Origin: a virus | Taxonomy: Duplodnaviria; Heunggongvirae; Uroviricota; Caudoviricetes | Virus record (IMG/VR): IMGVR_UViG_2660238215_000014 | Location: 1 to 10,904 of that record | Direction: 5' to 3' (one strand) | DNA length: 10,904 nucleotides | Part shown: positions 7,383 through 10,904 of the stretch, piece by piece | Layout of the letters: each line of letters begins with the position of its first letter | How positions within the stretch are numbered: position 1 is the first letter of the stretch | The notes under the pieces: generated by a model | What the model was told of the DNA's origin: nothing | Seen by the model: the letters and a program-made list of their open reading frames with translations, nothing else | Databases searched by the model: none | Position numbers and translations under genes: made by a program

Positions 7383-7613
7383 ACTGTTCACCACTGTTCA
7401 CCCTGTCATAAATATCTTTTATATCAGTATATTATAGGGTGAACAGTTATTTATTAACTGTTCACCAAACTATTCACTGTTCACCTTTTTGATTGTTTAT
7501 TGAGCTTCAAGGGTGAACAGTGGTGAACAGTTGGTGAATAGTTTTTGTGAAACTGTTCACCAATTAACATTATGAATTAAAAGATAAAATATCAAAAGGT
7601 GAACAGGTGAAGG
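7383..7613. repeat. Replication origin: array of TGTTCACC iterons in both orientations with AT-rich spacers
   Basis: Perfect forward copies at 7385-7392, 7395-7402, 7459-7466, 7478-7485, 7554-7561; perfect inverted copies (GGTGAACA) at 7438-7445, 7512-7519, 7522-7529, 7598-7605; degenerate copies at 7471-7478, 7533-7540, 7606-7613; AT-rich stretches 7403-7437 and 7562-7597. Confidence 0.85.
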
Positions 7614-7657
7614 GTTAAAACGCAAAAATTTTAATTTACTGCTGTGAGATAAAGCCT

Positions 7658-7903
7658 ATGACAGCGAAGCACACAAAAAAATCACAATCGCACGCCCTTG
7701 ATTTGACGGAACACTGGTTAAGGGTGTCGATAAAAATCATCGACCGCAACGCCGGGGAAGGATATGCGAAAGCACATCCCGAACTAATAATCGCATTCAT
7801 GACCACGGCGGCGGCAAACTTTGCCACGCTGACGGAACGGGAGATTGCCGAAGCGGAACAGGTAACAACCATCAACGTTAAAACCGGAGAGGTGGAATCA
7901 TGA
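7658..7903 (+). CDS. Hypothetical protein (81 aa)
   Basis: ORF downstream of the origin; its stop overlaps the SSB-like start (ATGA 7900-7903), suggesting an operon; no recognisable motif. Confidence 0.4.
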   Translation: MTAKHTKKSQSHALDLTEHWLRVSIKIIDRNAGEGYAKAHPELIIAFMTTAAANFATLTEREIAEAEQVTTINVKTGEVES

Positions 7904-8323
7904 CAGCACAGATAGCCGCTTACGGGCGGCTGGTGGACGACCCGCAGGTAAAACAGACCAGCAAGGGCACACCGATGACGCTGGCGCGTATGGCGGTCCC
8001 CCCTTCCGTGCAGCCAGGCAGATGACGGAACGGCGACGATGTGGTTATCCGTCCTGGCATTTGGCAGACAGGCCGAAGCACTGGAAAGGCACCGCAAGGG
8101 TGAACTCCTGAGCGTGGCGGGTAACATGCAGATCAGCCAGTGGACTGGGCAGAACGGAGAAACGCGGCAGGGCTGGCAGGTTATCGCAGACAGTGTAATC
8201 AGTGCGCGAACGGCGCGACTGGGCGGCAAAAAAGGTCAACAAGGCCAGGCTACTGACGCGCTGAACAGGGCAAAACAACAGGCGGGGAATGATGATCCGT
8301 ACGGGGATAACATACCGTTTTAA
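7900..8323 (+). pseudogene. ssb: Single-stranded DNA-binding (SSB)-like gene split by a frameshift at a C6 run (7998-8003)
   Basis: Frame 1 from ATG 7900: MTAQIAAYGRLVDDPQVKQTSKGTPMTLARMAV..., resembling the SSB N-terminus ([27 protein letters not shown]), stop at 8023-8025. Frame 2 open from 7979 through track ORF 8039-8323: ...WLSVLAFGRQAEALERHRKGELLSVAGNMQISQWTGQNGETRQGWQVIADSV ... DNIPF, resembling the SSB OB-fold core and IPF tail. Confidence 0.6.
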
Positions 8324-8339
8324 GCGACGAGTGACAGAA

Positions 8340-8361
8340 GCCGGAGCAATCCGGCTTTTTT
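8340..8361 (+). terminator. Rho-independent terminator after the SSB-like gene
   Basis: Stem GCCGGA (8340-8345), loop GCAA, stem TCCGGC (8350-8355), then TTTTTT (8356-8361). Confidence 0.75.
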
Positions 8362-8445
8362 ACGGGTCCTCCTGGCGGGGTGGGCCTGAACACGGGGCGA
8401 CGGGCGCGGAAAAAGGCGCATTTTTTGATTTTTATGGCACCATCA

Positions 8446-8523
8446 CCACCACTATAAGCTATTGATATATTGAGGAATAAAAATTTTTAGTGTCGAATCA
8501 GGTTGTTTTTTGTTCATCACTGG
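8446..8523. repeat. Copy B of the 78-bp imperfect direct repeat (copy A at 1-78)
   Basis: See copy A. Weaker homology continues about 25 bp further (TTTACA ... CAGG) with an indel. In copy B the -10-like element of copy A is replaced (CAAAAA in place of CATAAT). Confidence 0.85.
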
Positions 8524-8790
8524 AACGTTCCCGAAAACATTTACAAAAAAACAGGCGCAAAAAAAAGCGCCCCCGATTGCTGTTACCGGAGGCGCTTTTA
8601 CACGACAAAGGAGTTTTTATCGCCAGGATGACGAGTCTTAATATTGCTTCAATGGCAAAAATGCGTCAATGGCTTTGCCTCTCTGAGAATAATCAGAAAA
8701 AACATAATCTGATTTTCAGGTAGAAAATGATTTATCTATTGCTTTTATCGATCAATAATGATGCCCGTTAATCAAAACGGAGGCGGATTT

Positions 8791-8985
8791 ATGCCAGAGA
8801 ACAACACCAGAAAGCCGGATAAAAGTGCCACGGTACACATAGACGCCGGAACTATGGAGAAGATCGAACGCTATCAGCAGTTCATCAAAGATAATCACCC
8901 GGGTATGCCGGTACCCACGAAAGGACAAATCACACGCAGCGCGGTTGAATACTGGTACCAGGCAACGTTAGGAGCCTGGCTATGA
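8791..8985 (+). CDS. Small hypothetical protein (65 aa from ATG 8791; track start 8758), possibly RHH-like, translationally coupled to the protease-capsid gene
   Basis: Strong SD GGAGG (8779-8783) 7 nt before ATG 8791; stop overlaps the capsid ORF start (ATGA 8982-8985); pattern ATVHIDAGTMEKIERYQQFIK ... TKGQITRSAVEYWYQA is compatible with a beta-strand / helix / helix fold. Confidence 0.45.
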   Translation: MPENNTRKPDKSATVHIDAGTMEKIERYQQFIKDNHPGMPVPTKGQITRSAVEYWYQATLGAWL

Positions 8986-10871
8986 AAACATGGTTTTCCA
9001 TTAAGGCTATGGCAGATGTTGTCTATGTGCGTATTTATGACGAGATCGGCGGGTACGGTGTAAAAGCATCGACACTTACTGACGAGATCAACGCGTGCGG
9101 TAATGCGTCTGAAATCCATCTTCGCATCCATTCACCTGGTGGCGACATCTTTGAAGGGCTGGCTATCTATAACGCCCTGAAAAATCATCCGGCAAAGAAA
9201 ATTGTACACATTGAAGGCATGGCGGCTTCTATGGCCTCGTTTATTGCCATGTGTGGCGATCACATCGTTATGCCTGAAAACGCGATGATGATGATACATG
9301 CCCCCCGTGGTGTTACTGCCGGAGTGTCGGGCGACGTTCGCCGCTTTGCTGACCTGATGGACAAGCTGGGCGACACGATGGCGGAAACCTACGCCGGAAG
9401 AACGGGCAGGAGCAAACAGGAGATCACCTCAATGATGGAGGCGGAAACCTGGATGGATGGCAATGAGTGTAAGGCTAACGGCTTCGCAGATGAGGTTATA
9501 CCCGCGATTACAGCAATGGCCCGAATTGAATCAAAACGAATCGGAGATTTTTCAAATATGCCGGAAAAAATTAAAAGCATGATCAGCCAGAAAACTGGCA
9601 GTGGCGAACAGGAACGACTTAACGGAATCCGTGAATTGTTTGGCACCTTCAACGGAAGATATAACGACCTGGCTATAAGTTGTCTTGCGGATTCAGAATG
9701 TAGCGTTGAGAATGCACGCGAACGCCTTTTACTCGCTATGGGTAAAGAATCAACGCCAACAAACAAAACCACCCCCGCAAATCTTTACTACGCGTACACG
9801 GATAACGGCAATATAACCGGCGATGCCATGCGTCAGGGGCTTAATGCGCGTCTTGGTCACGAACGGGCCGAACGCGGTAATCCTTACGCCATGATGAGCC
9901 TTTTCGATATGGCACAGGCATCATTAACCCATCGTGGTATAAGCACGGGCAGCTACAGCACACGCTCGCAGATAGTAAACGCGGCATTCACCCACAGCAG
10001 CAGCGATTTTACCGATATCCTTGCTGGTGGCGCTGAAAAATCAGTGCTTGCAGGCTGGGAGCACAGCGGCGAAACATTCCGCCAGTGGACGAAAAAAGGT
10101 TCCCTTTCAAACTTCCGGGAAGCCCGCCGCGTTGGTATGAATGGCTTCTCAACGTTAAACAAAGTGCCGGAAGGGGCAGAATATAAATACATCACCACCA
10201 GCGATCGCGGTGAACCCATCGCGCTGGCTACTTACGGGAATATTTTCAGTATTACCCGCCAGGCGATAATCAATGATGACCTTGATCAGTTATCAACGGT
10301 GCCAATGGCTATGGGCCGTGCAGCATCAAGAACGGTGGGAAATCTGGTTAATCTGGTGCTTACAGGCAACGTAAAACTTTCTGACGGAATAACGCTGTTT
10401 GACAAAAAACACAGCAACCTGATTGAAACAGGACTGACAACACCGGGACTTAGTGCAGCACGTCACCTGATGCGCACACAGAAGGACAAAAATGGCGAAG
10501 TGCTGAATATTGCGCCTAAATTCCTTTTAGTTCCGGCAGCACTGGAAGATCGCGCGTTGCAGATGATTAACTCAACCGCACCTTTCGGGGCTGATAAAAA
10601 CAGCGGGATCTTTAACCCGTATCACAAGCTACTTGATATCATCGTCGATCCCCGCCTTGATGATATCAGCGAAAAACAATGGTACATGCTTTCCGCACAG
10701 GGAACGGACACAATCGAGGTGGCTTATCTTGATGGCAATGACGAGCCTTACCTTGAACAGCAGGAAGGTTTTATCGTTGACGGCGTGGCCTGGAAAGTCC
10801 GTATTGATGCAGGTGTGGCAGCTCTGGATTATCGCGGTATGGTCAAATCAGGCGGGACAGATTCACTATGA
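8982..10871 (+). CDS. Prohead serine protease (ClpP/S14-like) fused to an HK97-fold major capsid protein
   Basis: 629 aa; N-terminal region has ClpP-like signatures (HSPGGDIFEGLAIYNAL, catalytic Ser context GMAASMASF, His context MMMIHAP); the C-terminal 350 aa or so resemble phage major capsid proteins; followed directly by a strong terminator, typical of a highly expressed capsid gene. Confidence 0.8.
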   Translation: MKTWFSIKAMADVVYVRIYDEIGGYGVKASTLTDEINACGNASEIHLRIHSPGGDIFEGLAIYNALKNHPAKKIVHIEGMAASMASFIAMCGDHIVMPENAMMMIHAPRGVTAGVSGDVRRFADLMDKLGDTMAETYAGRTGRSKQEITSMMEAETWMDGNECKANGFADEVIPAITAMARIESKRIGDFSNMPEKIKSMISQKTGSGEQERLNGIRELFGTFNGRYNDLAISCLADSECSVENARERLLLAMGKESTPTNKTTPANLYYAYTDNGNITGDAMRQGLNARLGHERAERGNPYAMMSLFDMAQASLTHRGISTGSYSTRSQIVNAAFTHSSSDFTDILAGGAEKSVLAGWEHSGETFRQWTKKGSLSNFREARRVGMNGFSTLNKVPEGAEYKYITTSDRGEPIALATYGNIFSITRQAIINDDLDQLSTVPMAMGRAASRTVGNLVNLVLTGNVKLSDGITLFDKKHSNLIETGLTTPGLSAARHLMRTQKDKNGEVLNIAPKFLLVPAALEDRALQMINSTAPFGADKNSGIFNPYHKLLDIIVDPRLDDISEKQWYMLSAQGTDTIEVAYLDGNDEPYLEQQEGFIVDGVAWKVRIDAGVAALDYRGMVKSGGTDSL

Positions 10872-10877
10872 CAACAA

Positions 10878-10899
10878 GGCGGCACCAGCCGCCTTTTTT
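10878..10899 (+). terminator. Rho-independent terminator after the capsid gene
   Basis: Stem GGCGGC (10878-10883), loop ACCA, stem GCCGCC (10888-10893), then TTTTTT (10894-10899). Confidence 0.75.
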
Positions 10900-10904
10900 G
10901 CGGG

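Larger units (their letters stand above)
1590..8445 (+). mobile_element. Minimum extent of a P4/PICI-like satellite-type integrative element (int - alpA - regulatory switch - small-gene operon - pri-rep - iteron ori - ssb-like); right boundary unresolved and may include the downstream capsid module
   Basis: Gene content and order match phage satellites of the P4/PICI type; left junction is marked by the truncation of terL and the compositional shift at about 1590; no att core repeat could be identified by eye. Confidence 0.5.

Noticed and set aside
7383-7613. Possible CRISPR array because of short repeated units
   Set aside because: The units are 8-10 bp, occur in both orientations with irregular spacing and no uniform spacers; the pattern and position after a primase gene fit replication-origin iterons.
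749-8278. Minus-strand ORFs embedded in the terminase, integrase, primase and SSB-like genes (for example 749-1069, 1782-2063, 6185-6670, 7636-8229, 8045-8278)
   Set aside because: They lie entirely antisense to stronger plus-strand genes with recognisable motifs, and are interpreted as shadow ORFs.
8490-8723. 77-aa ORF overlapping repeat copy B and the hairpin leader
   Set aside because: It begins inside the non-coding repeat, is very K/R-rich from A-tracts, and lacks an RBS; most likely a chance ORF.

Overview
This window reads as enterobacterial mobile DNA, most likely a P4/PICI-like phage satellite sitting beside or inside a disabled phage packaging module. All homology calls come from reading the translations by eye; no database search was run. 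Left edge: a small terminase gene (109-585) and a 335-aa N-terminal fragment of a lambda gpA-type large terminase (582-1589) that stops mid-domain at an abrupt AT-rich junction. From 1751 the element runs rightward: P4-family tyrosine integrase, AlpA-like regulator, terminator, Bro-N protein, a divergent ribbon-helix-helix gene with twin palindromic operators, an operon of small unknown proteins, a primase/helicase (pri-rep) and, directly downstream, an origin built from TGTTCACC octamers. After that come an 81-aa ORF, a frameshifted SSB-like gene and a strong terminator. At 8446-8523 lies a second copy (72/78 identical) of the 78-bp sequence found at 1-78 upstream of terS. It is followed by a small ORF translationally coupled to a ClpP-like prohead protease / major capsid fusion (8982-10871) and a terminator. 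No rRNA, tRNA or CRISPR array was seen. The most interesting open questions are whether the 78-bp repeat is a hijacked packaging (cos-like) site, whether the element encodes its own capsid, and what the small-protein operon does.
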